53,374 nt of DNA from contig JBLHID010000003.1 of assembly GCA_047615545.1 (NCBI GenBank), forward strand, positions 1-53,374, written 5' to 3'. Source of the stretch: Polaribacter sp. GTDB taxonomy: Bacteria > Pseudomonadota > Gammaproteobacteria > GCA-001735895. The position numbers were made by a program, and so were the translations under genes. Shown piece after piece: positions 1-10,681 of this stretch. Position 1 is the first letter of the stretch. The number at the start of each line of letters is the position of its first letter. A model generated the notes under the pieces. The model worked only from the letters and a program-made list of their open reading frames with translations. It did not search any database and was not told the DNA's origin.

Positions 1-1
1 C

Positions 2-364
2 GCCGCCAACGTAGCCAAAGGGACGAAACTGACAGAGGATTCGGGCAGCGCTATGAATAGAATTGAGCGATTATCGATGAATCTCGCGCAGCGTATATTA
101 GTGACCTCAGAAGAGTCCAAATCTCTGGCATCCGAGAGCATAAAACTCACTCAGGCAATGGATATTATTCAGAAAATCACCTTGAAAATCGCCGAAGGTT
201 CGGTTGAGGCAAAGCGCTCTATCGGAGAACTATCGGGGATGGTTACCACCATACGCAAATCTGTCGCAGGATTTAAGCTGCCCAGGAGGGGGGCGCTGGA
301 CAATAGGGTGGTAGACAACGCAGAAGCGTTGGCCAATCAAAACCTAGATAACTCGAGTGGTTAA
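2..364 (+). CDS. pilJ: PilJ-like methyl-accepting chemotaxis protein, C-terminal part (5' end outside the window)
   Basis: Frame is open from base 2 (AANVAKGTKLTEDSGSAMNRIE...). MDIIQKIT...SIGELSGM...RKSVAGFKLP matches the PilJ C-terminus. Lies directly upstream of a chpA-like gene. Confidence 0.8.
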   Translation, partial: AANVAKGTKLTEDSGSAMNRIERLSMNLAQRILVTSEESKSLASESIKLTQAMDIIQKITLKIAEGSVEAKRSIGELSGMVTTIRKSVAGFKLPRRGALDNRVVDNAEALANQNLDNSSG

Positions 365-378
365 GGTAGGTCGAGCTA

Positions 379-2259
379 ATGAACTCTCAGCAAACCTCAA
401 TAAAACATAGCGCTGCGGGTCGGGATGAAGAGAAGATAGAGGTGAACGTCGACCCTAATCTAAAAAGAATCACAGATGACCTACAGCGCTGTATCGAAGG
501 ACGCGACAAACTCTTACTCGATAGCGTTAAACATCAACTTGATGTTGCTCAAGGCGTCTTCACGAAGGGTGAGCAATATGGCGTTGCCGTTCTGACCGAA
601 GAAATGGCGTCGCTCTGTGAGTCGATTGCCGAACAAGAGAGCGCAGGTAAAAAACAAGATGATCAGGCGCTTGACGTATTGTTGAGAGCCGTCTTGCAGT
701 TACCCGATTACCTGGCGCATGTTCAATCAGGTCATCGTGATATTCCATTTGCCATACTGCTTTTACTCAATGATATTCGGTCGATAAAAAAGCATGATCT
801 ATTTTCCGATAAACGCCTATTTTTACCTGATTTGTCTATGCATGGCGACGATGCTGAGATCGATGCGATTGATGGTCATGCCAATGATGCCTCGAAGCAA
901 CTAATTAAAAAACTCCGTCCCGCATTTCAACTGTCACTGTTGAATGTTATTAAAGATAACGAGGTTGACGAAAACTTTAAGTGCTTAGAAAAGATTTTTG
1001 ATGTACTGGAGGAAAGCTCTAGCTCTGAACAGGTAGCCCGAGTTTGGTGGATTATCGGTGCTTTAGTCGAATCTGTATCCCGCCATAAGCTTGAGTTAGG
1101 GGTTTCGATCAAAAATTTGTTGGGCAAGGTTGATACCTTGTTCCGAGTACTGTTAACGACTGGTGAAAGAGGCTTGTTAAAACGTCAACCTATTGAGTTA
1201 ATTAAAAACTTTCTGTACTACATCGCGCAACCTGAGTGTGATGGGCCAAAATGTCAGGCGATTAAAGCGGCCTACAGACTGGAAGAGTTTCTACCCAATG
1301 AAGCCGACCGGAATCAGTTACGCAATAATTTTTCTGGTCCTAATCAGGCGCTGTGCAAAATTGTTTTAGAAGTGGTCAGTAATAACATCAAAACAGTTAA
1401 AGCAGGCCTCGAGATATATGCCAATAGCGATCTAAACGACGTTCAAAAACTGCAAGACATCCCGTATGAGCTCCATGTGATATCAGATACATTGGCGATG
1501 ATCGGGCTTGGTGAGCAACGACAGATAATCGAAGCACAATTTATCACGATTAAAAAAATAATTAGTAATGAGTTAAAACCAAGCGAGGGGAAAATGTGCG
1601 CAATGGTGTTAGAGCTGATACAGGTAGAGCAAGTATTGGAGCAAAAGCGTCAACCTAAAGAGGAAGAGGCTGCCTCACTCTCAAAAGGTAAAGTTGCGAG
1701 AGATCTCGATGTTAGTTTTGATAAAACCGTTGAAATAAAGATAAAAGCGTTTGATGAAGTTGTTCTCGATGAGGCGCACGACTTGGATGTCAACTTCTTA
1801 AGCCAAGAGCCCAGCAGGATTGTGGAAGCTAGCCAATCGATTAATCAGGCTATTTTGGTGCGAGCCGGTGATGAAACGTATGCGCTGCCGTTAATTAATG
1901 TGGAGGGGATTGTCCAGTTTAAAACCCACAAACTAGCAGAGCAATACCGGCAAACCAAACCAGCGTTAGAGCACTCTGGACATACTTTTAGATTGCACTA
2001 TCTGTCGACCTTAGTCGAAAGCAGTGCAGAGTTTACTGCCAGTGCCGACAAGCAAATGCAATCCGTCATACTAAGTTGCTCTGGTGATATTCGAGTGGCC
2101 TTGCACGTAGACCGGGTTATTGGCAAACGAGACATCATAGCCAAGTCGTTGGGCAAACAATTGGACCAGGTTAAGGGTTTGTTGGGCGCGAGTATATTAG
2201 ACGATGGTAATGTCGTTTTGATTCTCGATATTAATCGGCTAGTGAAACATGGTTGGTGA
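379..2259 (+). CDS. chpA: ChpA-like chemosensory protein, internally deleted (N-terminal Hpt-like region fused to CheW domain; no kinase or receiver)
   Basis: N-terminal YGVAVLTEEM, LLRAVLQLPDYL, LLLLNDIR and LIKNFLYYIA are ChpA/FimL-type motifs. The C-terminal SINQAILVRAGDETYALPL...GASILDDGNVVLILD is the CheA P5 (CheW) domain. No HATPase N/G boxes or receiver seen. Confidence 0.75.
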   Translation: MNSQQTSIKHSAAGRDEEKIEVNVDPNLKRITDDLQRCIEGRDKLLLDSVKHQLDVAQGVFTKGEQYGVAVLTEEMASLCESIAEQESAGKKQDDQALDVLLRAVLQLPDYLAHVQSGHRDIPFAILLLLNDIRSIKKHDLFSDKRLFLPDLSMHGDDAEIDAIDGHANDASKQLIKKLRPAFQLSLLNVIKDNEVDENFKCLEKIFDVLEESSSSEQVARVWWIIGALVESVSRHKLELGVSIKNLLGKVDTLFRVLLTTGERGLLKRQPIELIKNFLYYIAQPECDGPKCQAIKAAYRLEEFLPNEADRNQLRNNFSGPNQALCKIVLEVVSNNIKTVKAGLEIYANSDLNDVQKLQDIPYELHVISDTLAMIGLGEQRQIIEAQFITIKKIISNELKPSEGKMCAMVLELIQVEQVLEQKRQPKEEEAASLSKGKVARDLDVSFDKTVEIKIKAFDEVVLDEAHDLDVNFLSQEPSRIVEASQSINQAILVRAGDETYALPLINVEGIVQFKTHKLAEQYRQTKPALEHSGHTFRLHYLSTLVESSAEFTASADKQMQSVILSCSGDIRVALHVDRVIGKRDIIAKSLGKQLDQVKGLLGASILDDGNVVLILDINRLVKHGW

Positions 2260-2492
2260 TAATGGTTCGATACGCCGCATGACTCTCCCGCTGGCCTCGA
2301 TAAATCTTGTTGTGCCAAACTCGTCTGCTGCTGAAATCATTGGCTATTGGGTACCGAAAAACTGGCTGATAGTAGTGACTGTTTTGGTGGAATGGTGTTG
2401 TGACGCGGCGAGCTCGTTGCCGTCATTGGAGTAGAAGAAATGGGCTTGATTGTTATAGCGTTAACTGAGTCTAAAGCTAAAAACCTCGGATG
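2249..2492 (+). pseudogene. chpC: chpC (CheW-like) pseudogene
   Basis: IRRMTLPLASINLVVPNSSAAEII resembles the ChpC N-terminus. After a frameshift near 2355 it reads EKLADSSDCFGGMVL*RGELVAVIGVEEM, with TGA (2401-2403) where the conserved W of 'WRG' is expected. Confidence 0.7.
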
Positions 2493-2520
2493 AAAAAATT
2501 GAACAGGCAACTCACTCAGT

Positions 2521-3258
2521 TTATATATCGCCCCAGTAAGACTGGGCGATAGCCAGTGCGGTCACCGCGGCAGTCTCGGTACGCAATACTCGGGTGCCGA
2601 TTTGGCTTGATATAAAACCAGCAGCATTCGCTAATTCTATTTCAGTTACAGACAATCCACCTTCCGGACCCAGCATAATAGATATTTGAGGTGTTTTGGT
2701 TTGAGGTTGCAATAGAGTGCCAAGGCGAGGCCCTTGAAAATCTAACAGGAATTTATTGTCTCGCTGATAGGGCACTTCGAGCAGTGATTGGAGGCTGTTA
2801 AAAAAATCGATTTTTGGTGGCACATGTCGCCCACTTTGCTCACAGGCGTTGATCGCAATAGCGCGCCAATGATGCATTTTCTTTTCAAGTTGATTTGCTT
2901 TAACAGGTATCTGACTGTGATTGGAGTTGAATATTGAAATTCGTTGCACGCCCAGTTCAGTCGTTTTCTGAATCATCCAGTCGAGATGATCGTTCCGACT
3001 TAAACCTTGAATGATTTCACTATCCAAGCTCGACTCAGTATTACCATCCGATGCCGAAGTTATCGAAGCAGCGGTCTTTTTCCCATCAAAACATAGCCTT
3101 GATTCGTAGTTGCAACAATCCAACCCATTGAACAAAACAATGTTCGTATCTGTTTTTAGCCGGAGCACATTGCGTACATAGTGGCTAGTTGCTGTATCTA
3201 ACTGAATGGTAGAACCGACGGTGAGCGGCTTTTCGGTAAAAATGCGAGACAGTCGCAT
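2521..3258 (-). CDS. rsmE: 16S rRNA m3U1498 methyltransferase
   Basis: HYVRNVLRL, QKTTELGV, ACEQSGR, GPEGGLS and RVLRTETA motifs. Confidence 0.97.
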   Translation of the reverse strand: MRLSRIFTEKPLTVGSTIQLDTATSHYVRNVLRLKTDTNIVLFNGLDCCNYESRLCFDGKKTAASITSASDGNTESSLDSEIIQGLSRNDHLDWMIQKTTELGVQRISIFNSNHSQIPVKANQLEKKMHHWRAIAINACEQSGRHVPPKIDFFNSLQSLLEVPYQRDNKFLLDFQGPRLGTLLQPQTKTPQISIMLGPEGGLSVTEIELANAAGFISSQIGTRVLRTETAAVTALAIAQSYWGDI

Positions 3259-3331
3259 CGCTTATGGGCTCCTAGGCAACATAGCAATTCATTATAAGAT
3301 GTTCATCGTACCAGTAAGCAAAAGTTCATCC

Positions 3332-3374
3332 TTAAAATAAATGCAGGGACAGTGATCTAACATTTGTCCCTGCA
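3332..3374 (-). terminator. Rho-independent terminator after metK
   Basis: 10-bp stem TGCAGGGACA/TGTCCCTGCA followed on the minus strand by TTTATTTTAA. Confidence 0.65.
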
Positions 3375-3421
3375 GCATCCACAGCCGTTAGTTGGCCATG
3401 CTGGTAATCATTTAGAGCGTA

Positions 3422-4588
3422 TTATAAACCGGCATCAGATTTCAACTCTGCTGCTTTGTCAGTTTTTTCCCAACTCAAATCGATATCGTCTCTGCCAAAA
3501 TGGCCATAAGCCGCTGTCTCTAGGTAAATTGGGCGAAGCAAGTCGAGCATCGCTATCAAGCCTTTGGGTCTGAGGTCGAAATGCGCTCTAACCAACTGAA
3601 TAATGCGAGCATCGTCAATTCGCCCAGTGCCAAATGTCTCGATACTGATCGAGGTAGGTTCGGCCACGCCAATTGCATAAGAAACCTGTATTTCACAACG
3701 ATCCGCAATGCCAGCAGCAACAATGTTTTTGGCGACATAACGAGCAGCATAGGCGGCCGATCGGTCGACTTTTGACGGGTCTTTGCCCGAAAAGGCTCCA
3801 CCACCATGTCGCGCCATACCACCATAGGTATCAACAATGATTTTACGGCCAGTTAAACCGGCATCTCCCACGGGGCCGCCGATAACAAAACGTCCTGTCG
3901 GATTGACGTGAATATTTTCAGTCTTACATTGTGAAAACCAGTCAGCGGGTAGAACCGGTTTCAAAATTGTTTCAATGACGGCTTCGCGCAACGTTGTGAG
4001 ACTGACATCTTCAGAGTGTTGAGTTGATAGAACGACCGCTTCGATGCCTACGGGCACGTGGTTTTCATAACGTAAAGTCACTTGGCTTTTAGCGTCTGGT
4101 TGCAACCAGCTTAGCTCACCTGACTTTCTGACTTCTGCCTGACGTTTCACCAATCGGTGTGCATAGGTAATGGGTGCTGGCATTAAAACATCGGTATCGT
4201 TACTCGCGTAACCAAACATAAGGCCCTGATCTCCAGCACCCTGTTCACGGTCGTCTGACTCATCGACACCCATTGCAATATCGGCAGACTGTTTGCCTAT
4301 GCCGGTGAGGACTGCGCAAGTATTGCCATCAAAACCGCATTCTGGATTGTCATAACCGATATCACTGACAGTTTTTCGAACCAGAGCTTCCATGTCGACC
4401 CAGGCTGACGTTGTGATTTCACCGGCAAGCATGACCATGCCAGTTTTAACTAAGGTTTCACAGGCCACACGCGAACTTGGGTCTTGCTCAAGCAATGCGT
4501 CTAGAATGGCATCAGAAACCTGATCAGCGACTTTATCTGGGTGGCCTTCTGATACTGACTCGGAAGTAAAAATGTATGCGTTTGACAT
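3422..4588 (-). CDS. metK: S-adenosylmethionine synthetase
   Basis: [19 protein letters not shown] and [16 protein letters not shown] signatures. Confidence 0.99.
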   Translation of the reverse strand: MSNAYIFTSESVSEGHPDKVADQVSDAILDALLEQDPSSRVACETLVKTGMVMLAGEITTSAWVDMEALVRKTVSDIGYDNPECGFDGNTCAVLTGIGKQSADIAMGVDESDDREQGAGDQGLMFGYASNDTDVLMPAPITYAHRLVKRQAEVRKSGELSWLQPDAKSQVTLRYENHVPVGIEAVVLSTQHSEDVSLTTLREAVIETILKPVLPADWFSQCKTENIHVNPTGRFVIGGPVGDAGLTGRKIIVDTYGGMARHGGGAFSGKDPSKVDRSAAYAARYVAKNIVAAGIADRCEIQVSYAIGVAEPTSISIETFGTGRIDDARIIQLVRAHFDLRPKGLIAMLDLLRPIYLETAAYGHFGRDDIDLSWEKTDKAAELKSDAGL

Positions 4589-4672
4589 GTCTATGCCCTG
4601 TCGAAAAAAAACAGAGTATATAGGAGCCAGATAATAACAAAATAGAAAGTCATCAATTTAGATGAATAAATT

Positions 4673-4692
4673 CATAAATATATATGCATATA
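4673..4692. promoter_or_regulatory. Putative operator shared with ahcY (SahR-like SAM-cycle regulator site)
   Basis: CATAAATATATATGCATATA is 17/20 identical to the palindrome at 33590-33609 upstream of ahcY. Confidence 0.6.
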
Positions 4693-4907
4693 TCGTTTTT
4701 GCGACGATTGGGACGATATAAGGATATTTTGAGTTGCCCAAAATAGTCATTTGCGAGAGAATACCGCGCCTTATTCGGGGCTAGCGGAGATAAAGCGAAG
4801 CGGCTGTCCGAATAGGTAACCAGGTCGATGAAGTTTAGAGCGTCGCTACATTTAGACGATCTTCTCAAATTCAACCTTATTGAACACTACGTTCTTCGGA
4901 GCCAGTT

Positions 4908-6914
4908 ATGCCTTCACCCAAGACGCTTGCCAATGCTATCAGAGCGTTAAGTATGGACGCAGTTCAAAAAGCCAAATCAGGCCACCCCGGCGCTCCTATG
5001 GGCATGGCTGATATTGCTCAGGTTCTCTACAGTGAATTTTTGCAACATAACCCTAAAAATCCTAGCTGGCCAGACCGAGACAGATTTATCATGTCTAACG
5101 GACATGGCTCAATGCTGCCGTATTCATTATTACATTTGACCGGTTACGACCTTTCAATTGACGACTTAAAAAACTTCCGTCAACTGCATTCAAAAACACC
5201 TGGTCACCCAGAATATGGTTACGCGCCTGGTATCGAAACTACCACTGGCCCATTGGGGCAGGGCATTGCTAATGGCGTTGGCATGGCTATCGCCGAACGC
5301 GCGCTAGCGGCTGAATTTAATCGTGATGGACACAAGGTTGTCGATCACCATACCTATGTCTTTTTAGGTGATGGTTGCATGATGGAAGGTATTTCGCATG
5401 AGGCGGGTTCACTCGCAGGCACTCTAGGCTTGGGTAAGCTCATCGCCTTCTGGGATGACAACGGCATTTCTATCGATGGCCCTGTTGAAGGCTGGTTTGA
5501 AGATAATACGCCGCAGCGCTTCGATGCCTACGGCTGGCACGTGACAGAAGTGGATGGTCATGACGCCGATGCCATTAAAATAGCAATAGACGCTGCCCGC
5601 GCGGTAACCGCGAAACCATCGCTTATCTGTTGTAAAACGACCATTGGTTATGGCTCACCGAATAAAGCTGGTAGTCATAGTTGTCATGGCGCGCCATTGG
5701 GTGATGAGGAAATCGCATTGACCCGTGAAGCACTCGGTTGGGAGCATGAGCCTTTCGTCATACCTAAAGAAATTTATACGAAATGGAACCATTGCGAAGC
5801 AGGCCAAGCCGCAGAGCAAGCTTGGAACGAAACGCTAGTGGCCTATCGTGCCGAATACCCTGAGTTAGCGGTTCAACTTGAGCGCCGCTTCAGTGGTGAA
5901 TTGCCAGAAAACTGGGCAGAATTGTCCACCGCTTATGTCGCCGAAGTGAATGCCGAAGCGGCTACTAAAGCGAGTCGACAAGCATCGTTGGCGGCCATTG
6001 AAGCATTCTCTCCGTTACTACCAGAATTATTCGGTGGTTCCGCTGATTTAGGTTGTTCGAATTTAACGGAGTGGTCAGGTTATAAGCCGATGCGCGCTGA
6101 ATCGCCAGAATCTAATTACATCAATTATGGCGTTCGAGAGTTTGGCATGGCGGCGATGATGAACGGCATCGTATTGCATGGTGGGTTAATTCCCTTCGGT
6201 GCGACTTTCTTGATGTTTTCAGAATACGCTCGAAACGCCCTACGCATGGCCGCGTTAATGAAAATCCAATGTATTTTCGTTTTCACGCATGACTCAATAG
6301 GCCTCGGTGAAGATGGCCCAACGCATCAAGCTGTTGAGCAAATACCGACTCTTCGAATGATCCCAGGCATGAATGTTTGGCGTCCATGTGATGCAGTTGA
6401 ATCGGCGGTAAGCTGGAAAGCGGCGATTGAACATCGAGATGGCCCGAGCTGTTTAGTGTTTTCACGTCAGGCACTGGCGCATCAAGAGCGAACCGAGCAG
6501 CAGATCGACGCAATATCAAAAGGAGGCTACATTTTGAAGGACTGCGAAGGCACGCCCGATGCCATTATTATCGCGACCGGTTCCGAAATCGAATTAGCGA
6601 TGGATGCAGCAAAATCGGAAGGCTTGGCTGGCAAACAAATCCGCGTTGTTTCAATGCCATGCACTGCGCTATTTGATCGCCAAAGCAAAGAGTATCGGCA
6701 ATCAGTGTTGCCAAGCAATGTAACGGCTCGTGTTGCGGTTGAAGCTGCAGTGACTGAAGGTTGGTATAAGTACGTTGGGCTTGACGGCGCTGTTATCGGT
6801 ATCGACACCTTTGGTGAGTCAGCACCTGCTAAAGAGCTTTTCTCCTACTTTGGTTTTACGGTGAGTAAAGTGGTCGAGGCTGTTAATAACGTCACGGGTG
6901 TTACAGCCGAATAA
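4908..6914 (+). CDS. tkt: Transketolase
   Basis: [17 protein letters not shown] and [15 protein letters not shown] motifs. Confidence 0.99.
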   Translation: MPSPKTLANAIRALSMDAVQKAKSGHPGAPMGMADIAQVLYSEFLQHNPKNPSWPDRDRFIMSNGHGSMLPYSLLHLTGYDLSIDDLKNFRQLHSKTPGHPEYGYAPGIETTTGPLGQGIANGVGMAIAERALAAEFNRDGHKVVDHHTYVFLGDGCMMEGISHEAGSLAGTLGLGKLIAFWDDNGISIDGPVEGWFEDNTPQRFDAYGWHVTEVDGHDADAIKIAIDAARAVTAKPSLICCKTTIGYGSPNKAGSHSCHGAPLGDEEIALTREALGWEHEPFVIPKEIYTKWNHCEAGQAAEQAWNETLVAYRAEYPELAVQLERRFSGELPENWAELSTAYVAEVNAEAATKASRQASLAAIEAFSPLLPELFGGSADLGCSNLTEWSGYKPMRAESPESNYINYGVREFGMAAMMNGIVLHGGLIPFGATFLMFSEYARNALRMAALMKIQCIFVFTHDSIGLGEDGPTHQAVEQIPTLRMIPGMNVWRPCDAVESAVSWKAAIEHRDGPSCLVFSRQALAHQERTEQQIDAISKGGYILKDCEGTPDAIIIATGSEIELAMDAAKSEGLAGKQIRVVSMPCTALFDRQSKEYRQSVLPSNVTARVAVEAAVTEGWYKYVGLDGAVIGIDTFGESAPAKELFSYFGFTVSKVVEAVNNVTGVTAE

Positions 6915-6986
6915 ACGTCACATTAGCTTTTGCTAATTTGACGCCACCTAAGTAATGAAAGGGTGCCCTGAAGACGAACAACAAAG

Positions 6987-7015
6987 GCCTGTACAAATAG
7001 TGCAGGCTTTTTTTT
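6987..7015 (+). terminator. Rho-independent terminator between tkt and pgk
   Basis: GCCTGTAC-AAATA-GTGCAGGC stem followed by T8. Confidence 0.75.
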
Positions 7016-7053
7016 AATGCTAATCCAGTAGAGCACTACCCAAGGAACCATCG

Positions 7054-8244
7054 ATGCCAGTAACCAAGTTAGCCGATCTTGATCTACGTGGAAAGCGCGT
7101 ACTGATACGTCAGGATTTGAACGTACCGGTCAAAAACGGTGCTGTTAGCAGTGATCAGCGAATTAAAGCATCACTACCGACGATTCGCTATTGTATTGAA
7201 GCTGGTGCGCAGCTAATGATTATGTCTCACTTGGGTCGTCCAACAGAAGGCGCAGTAGAGGCGCAATATTCCCTACAGCCTGTGGCCAATTATCTGAGCG
7301 ATGCCATAGGTAAAACCGTCAATCTAAGCACTGATTATCTGGAACATTCTCCCACTCTGAGCGATGGTGACGTTCTACTGCTCGAAAACGTACGCTTTAA
7401 TCCAGGTGAAAAAGCCGACGACGAAACACTATCGAAACAATATGCTGCTTTATGTGATATTTACGCAATGGACGCTTTTGGCACGGCGCATAGAGCGCAG
7501 GCTTCTACGCATGGTGTAGGGCTGTTTGCACCCATTGCTTGTGCTGGCCCATTGCTTTCTGCCGAGTTAGAGGCACTGACACTGGCGCTCGATAAACCTA
7601 AGCGCCCCGTTGCTGCGATCGTCGGTGGATCGAAGGTATCGACTAAACTGACCGTACTCGATGCGCTGACCGAGGTTGTCGACCAATTGATACCAGGTGG
7701 CGGAATAGCAAATACATTCATCGCAGCTGCTGGGTATAATGTCGGCAAGTCATTGGTAGAAATAGACTTAATACCCGAAGCAAAGCGACTAATGGACGTA
7801 GCCCGAGCAAAAGGCAAAGAAATTCCAGTGCCGACAGATGTAGTGTGTGGAAAAGAGTTTTCAGAGCATGCAGAGGCTACTGTTAAACTGGTCAGCAAAG
7901 TTGAAGATGATGATATTATCCTCGATATCGGCCCAGAAACGGCATCAAACTTCGCTAAGTTAATGGCGCAAGCTGCAACAATCGTCTGGAATGGTCCTGT
8001 TGGGGTTTTCGAATTTGCTCAGTTCGGAGAAGGCACTAAAACGCTTGGGCAAGCAATAGCATCGTCCAGTGCGTTTTCGATAGCCGGTGGTGGAGACACG
8101 CTTGCAGCCGTTGACAAATATAATATCGAGTCCGGCATTTCGTATATTTCTACCGGAGGAGGCGCTTTCCTGGAATTTCTGGAAGGCAAACAATTACCCG
8201 CAGTTACTATGCTAGAGCAAAGATACGTTGCAGCTAAGGTATAA
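7054..8244 (+). CDS. pgk: Phosphoglycerate kinase
   Basis: [29 protein letters not shown] and [13 protein letters not shown] motifs. Confidence 0.99.
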   Translation: MPVTKLADLDLRGKRVLIRQDLNVPVKNGAVSSDQRIKASLPTIRYCIEAGAQLMIMSHLGRPTEGAVEAQYSLQPVANYLSDAIGKTVNLSTDYLEHSPTLSDGDVLLLENVRFNPGEKADDETLSKQYAALCDIYAMDAFGTAHRAQASTHGVGLFAPIACAGPLLSAELEALTLALDKPKRPVAAIVGGSKVSTKLTVLDALTEVVDQLIPGGGIANTFIAAAGYNVGKSLVEIDLIPEAKRLMDVARAKGKEIPVPTDVVCGKEFSEHAEATVKLVSKVEDDDIILDIGPETASNFAKLMAQAATIVWNGPVGVFEFAQFGEGTKTLGQAIASSSAFSIAGGGDTLAAVDKYNIESGISYISTGGGAFLEFLEGKQLPAVTMLEQRYVAAKV

Positions 8245-8287
8245 CGGAAAGACATTACTAACAGGCATTATTAACAGGTAAGCATCA

Positions 8288-9742
8288 ATGGCAATTGAGA
8301 TTCGTAGAACGAAAATTGTAGCGACACTAGGGCCCGCTACCGAGTCAGACGAAGCACTAGACTCTTTGATAAAAGCTGGTGTTGACGTCGTTCGTCTAAA
8401 TTTTTCTCATGGTAGTGCCGAAGCGCACGTTGCGCGAGCTGAAAAGGTCCGAGCCATCAGTAAGGCGAATCATCGCCACCTCGCGATACTGGCTGATCTT
8501 CAAGGGCCAAAAATCCGTATAGACCGTTTTGCCAATGGCGCAATTCAGTTGAAAAATGGTGATAAATTTAGTCTAAACGCAGACTGTGGTGTGAATGATG
8601 GTGATCAAAACCAGGTCGGTATTACCTATAAAATTCTACCAACCGAAGTTAAGGCAACAGACATACTCATGCTCGACGATGGCCGAATCGTATTAGAGGT
8701 CGAATCAACGGATGCCGTTCGAGTGAATTGTAAGGTTCTGGTTGGTGGTGAATTATCCGACAGCAAAGGCATTAATTTAAAAGGCGGCGGGTTATCAGCC
8801 GATGCACTCACCGAAAAAGACAAGGAAGACATAAAAACCGCCGCCAAATTAGATGCGGATTATATCGCTGTGTCATTTCCACGAACCGCAGATGATATTC
8901 ATCTGGCACGCCGATTGCTGCGGGAAGCTGGTGGTCAAGGTGGTGTTATCGCTAAAATAGAGCGAGCCGAAGCACTGGTTAACCTAGAAGAAATTATCGA
9001 CGCGTCAGATGCCGTGATGGTGGCTCGGGGTGATTTAGGTGTCGAAATTGGTGACGCCAAATTACCCGCGATACAGAAAAAAATCATCAAAATGGCACGA
9101 GATAGAAACTGTGTTGTTATAACTGCCACGCAAATGATGGAGTCGATGCGTGACAACCCAATTCCCACGCGTGCCGAAGTGTTCGACGTCGCCAACGCAG
9201 TGCTAGACGGTACTGATGCCGTCATGCTCTCTGCCGAAACTGCGACGGGTGATTTCCCCAGTGAAACAGTGCGCGCCATGTCAGATATTTGCTACAACGC
9301 CGAACAGGAAAACCGTGCCAGCAAATCTCAACATCGACTTGATTCTACTTTTAATCGGGTGGATGAAGCCATTGCAATGGCGTCAATGTATACCGCTAAC
9401 CACCTAGGTGTTCGCGCTATAGCATCGTTAACGGAAACAGGGTCGACCGCATTGTGGATGTCACGCATTAGTTCTGGTATTCCCATTTACGCGTTGTCAC
9501 GTCATGAATCAACTAACCGCAAAGTGACTTTATATCGAGGTGTATTCCCCATCTTTTTTCCATCTATCCACACCAACCACGCCGAAGCCAACCAAGAAGC
9601 AGTTGACTTGATGCTAAAGGAAAAGTCGGTCGATGATGGGGATTTAGTGATCATCACCAAAGGTGACTTGATGGGCACCGATGGTGGAACCAATGCGATG
9701 AAAATCGTCGAAGTTGGAAACATGGCTAAGTTTGTGGGTTAG
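8288..9742 (+). CDS. pyk: Pyruvate kinase (PykA type)
   Basis: RRTKIVATLGP, RLNFSHG, MVARGDLGVE and DGTDAVMLSAET motifs. Confidence 0.98.
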   Translation: MAIEIRRTKIVATLGPATESDEALDSLIKAGVDVVRLNFSHGSAEAHVARAEKVRAISKANHRHLAILADLQGPKIRIDRFANGAIQLKNGDKFSLNADCGVNDGDQNQVGITYKILPTEVKATDILMLDDGRIVLEVESTDAVRVNCKVLVGGELSDSKGINLKGGGLSADALTEKDKEDIKTAAKLDADYIAVSFPRTADDIHLARRLLREAGGQGGVIAKIERAEALVNLEEIIDASDAVMVARGDLGVEIGDAKLPAIQKKIIKMARDRNCVVITATQMMESMRDNPIPTRAEVFDVANAVLDGTDAVMLSAETATGDFPSETVRAMSDICYNAEQENRASKSQHRLDSTFNRVDEAIAMASMYTANHLGVRAIASLTETGSTALWMSRISSGIPIYALSRHESTNRKVTLYRGVFPIFFPSIHTNHAEANQEAVDLMLKEKSVDDGDLVIITKGDLMGTDGGTNAMKIVEVGNMAKFVG

Positions 9743-9762
9743 CTGAGCTAGCCACTCTCTGT

Positions 9763-9799
9763 AGGGCGTCTTTACAATAGTGATGTTTAGAAATGTCCT
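9763..9799. repeat. Degenerate short relic of the MITE family at 46913 and 49298
   Basis: AGGGCGTCTTTACAATAG resembles the MITE left end AGGGCGTCTCTAAAAATAG and pairs imperfectly with TTTAGAAATGTCCT. Confidence 0.35.
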
Positions 9800-10681
9800 C
9801 TACCCTTTCTGGCGATTATGACTGCCAGACACTAAGCTAAATGTGAAAATAGCCAGCCCAATCCATATCCCCGCAAAGCCAATCAACTTGTCCTGATTAA
9901 ATGCCTCGCCAAGAATCATCACGCCTGACAAAAACTGTAATGTTGGTGTAATGTAAAACAAAATGCCAACCGATGTCATGGGTAACAGCCTGGTCCCGGC
10001 CGTAAAAAAGGCCAGCGGAATAACGGTAATAGGCCCTCCTAGAATCAGCCAGAGGTCGGTAGATGGATCTAGGTTCAGAAACATTGCCTGACCATTGAGG
10101 TGTAGCCAAATTAATGCGGCGAGCGTAAACGGCAAGAGAAATAATGTTTCGATTAACAGTCCAGGAACTGCATTTGTCGCCATTTTCTTCCTGAGCAGTC
10201 CGTAGCCTGCAAAGCCAAACCCTAGACTCAATCCTACCCATGGGAATTCGGTAATGCTCGATATGTAATAACCGACACCTAATGTAGCAAAGCCAATGGC
10301 AGTGAGCTTTAGTCTGTCGAGCTTTTCACCGAAGAAAATCACGCCGGCAACCACGTTGAGAAGAGGCGTCAAGAAATAGCCCATGCTCGCCTCAATCACG
10401 CGTTGATTTGCCACAGCCCAGATGTAAATGCCCCAGTTTGAAAAAATAAACAGACTGGAAATAACCAATAATCGAACCTCAGCCCAGGATCGAAACGCCA
10501 TCATAACTTGTTGTCTTCGGCGTAAACTCCATAAAACCAGTAGTAGTAATACCGGTGTTGCCCATAGCATTCGGTGCAGCAACACTTCAAGCGGTGCTAT
10601 ATGTGCGAGTAGCGACCAATAAAGTGGAAATAATCCCCAGGCAACATAGCTAGTGAGGATGATCAAATAGCCCTTATTCAT
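9800..10681 (-). CDS. rarD: EamA/DMT family transporter RarD
   Basis: WGLFPLYW, NWGIYIWAV...EASMGYFLTPL and YITPTLQF motifs. Confidence 0.93.
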   Translation of the reverse strand: MNKGYLIILTSYVAWGLFPLYWSLLAHIAPLEVLLHRMLWATPVLLLLVLWSLRRRQQVMMAFRSWAEVRLLVISSLFIFSNWGIYIWAVANQRVIEASMGYFLTPLLNVVAGVIFFGEKLDRLKLTAIGFATLGVGYYISSITEFPWVGLSLGFGFAGYGLLRKKMATNAVPGLLIETLFLLPFTLAALIWLHLNGQAMFLNLDPSTDLWLILGGPITVIPLAFFTAGTRLLPMTSVGILFYITPTLQFLSGVMILGEAFNQDKLIGFAGIWIGLAIFTFSLVSGSHNRQKG

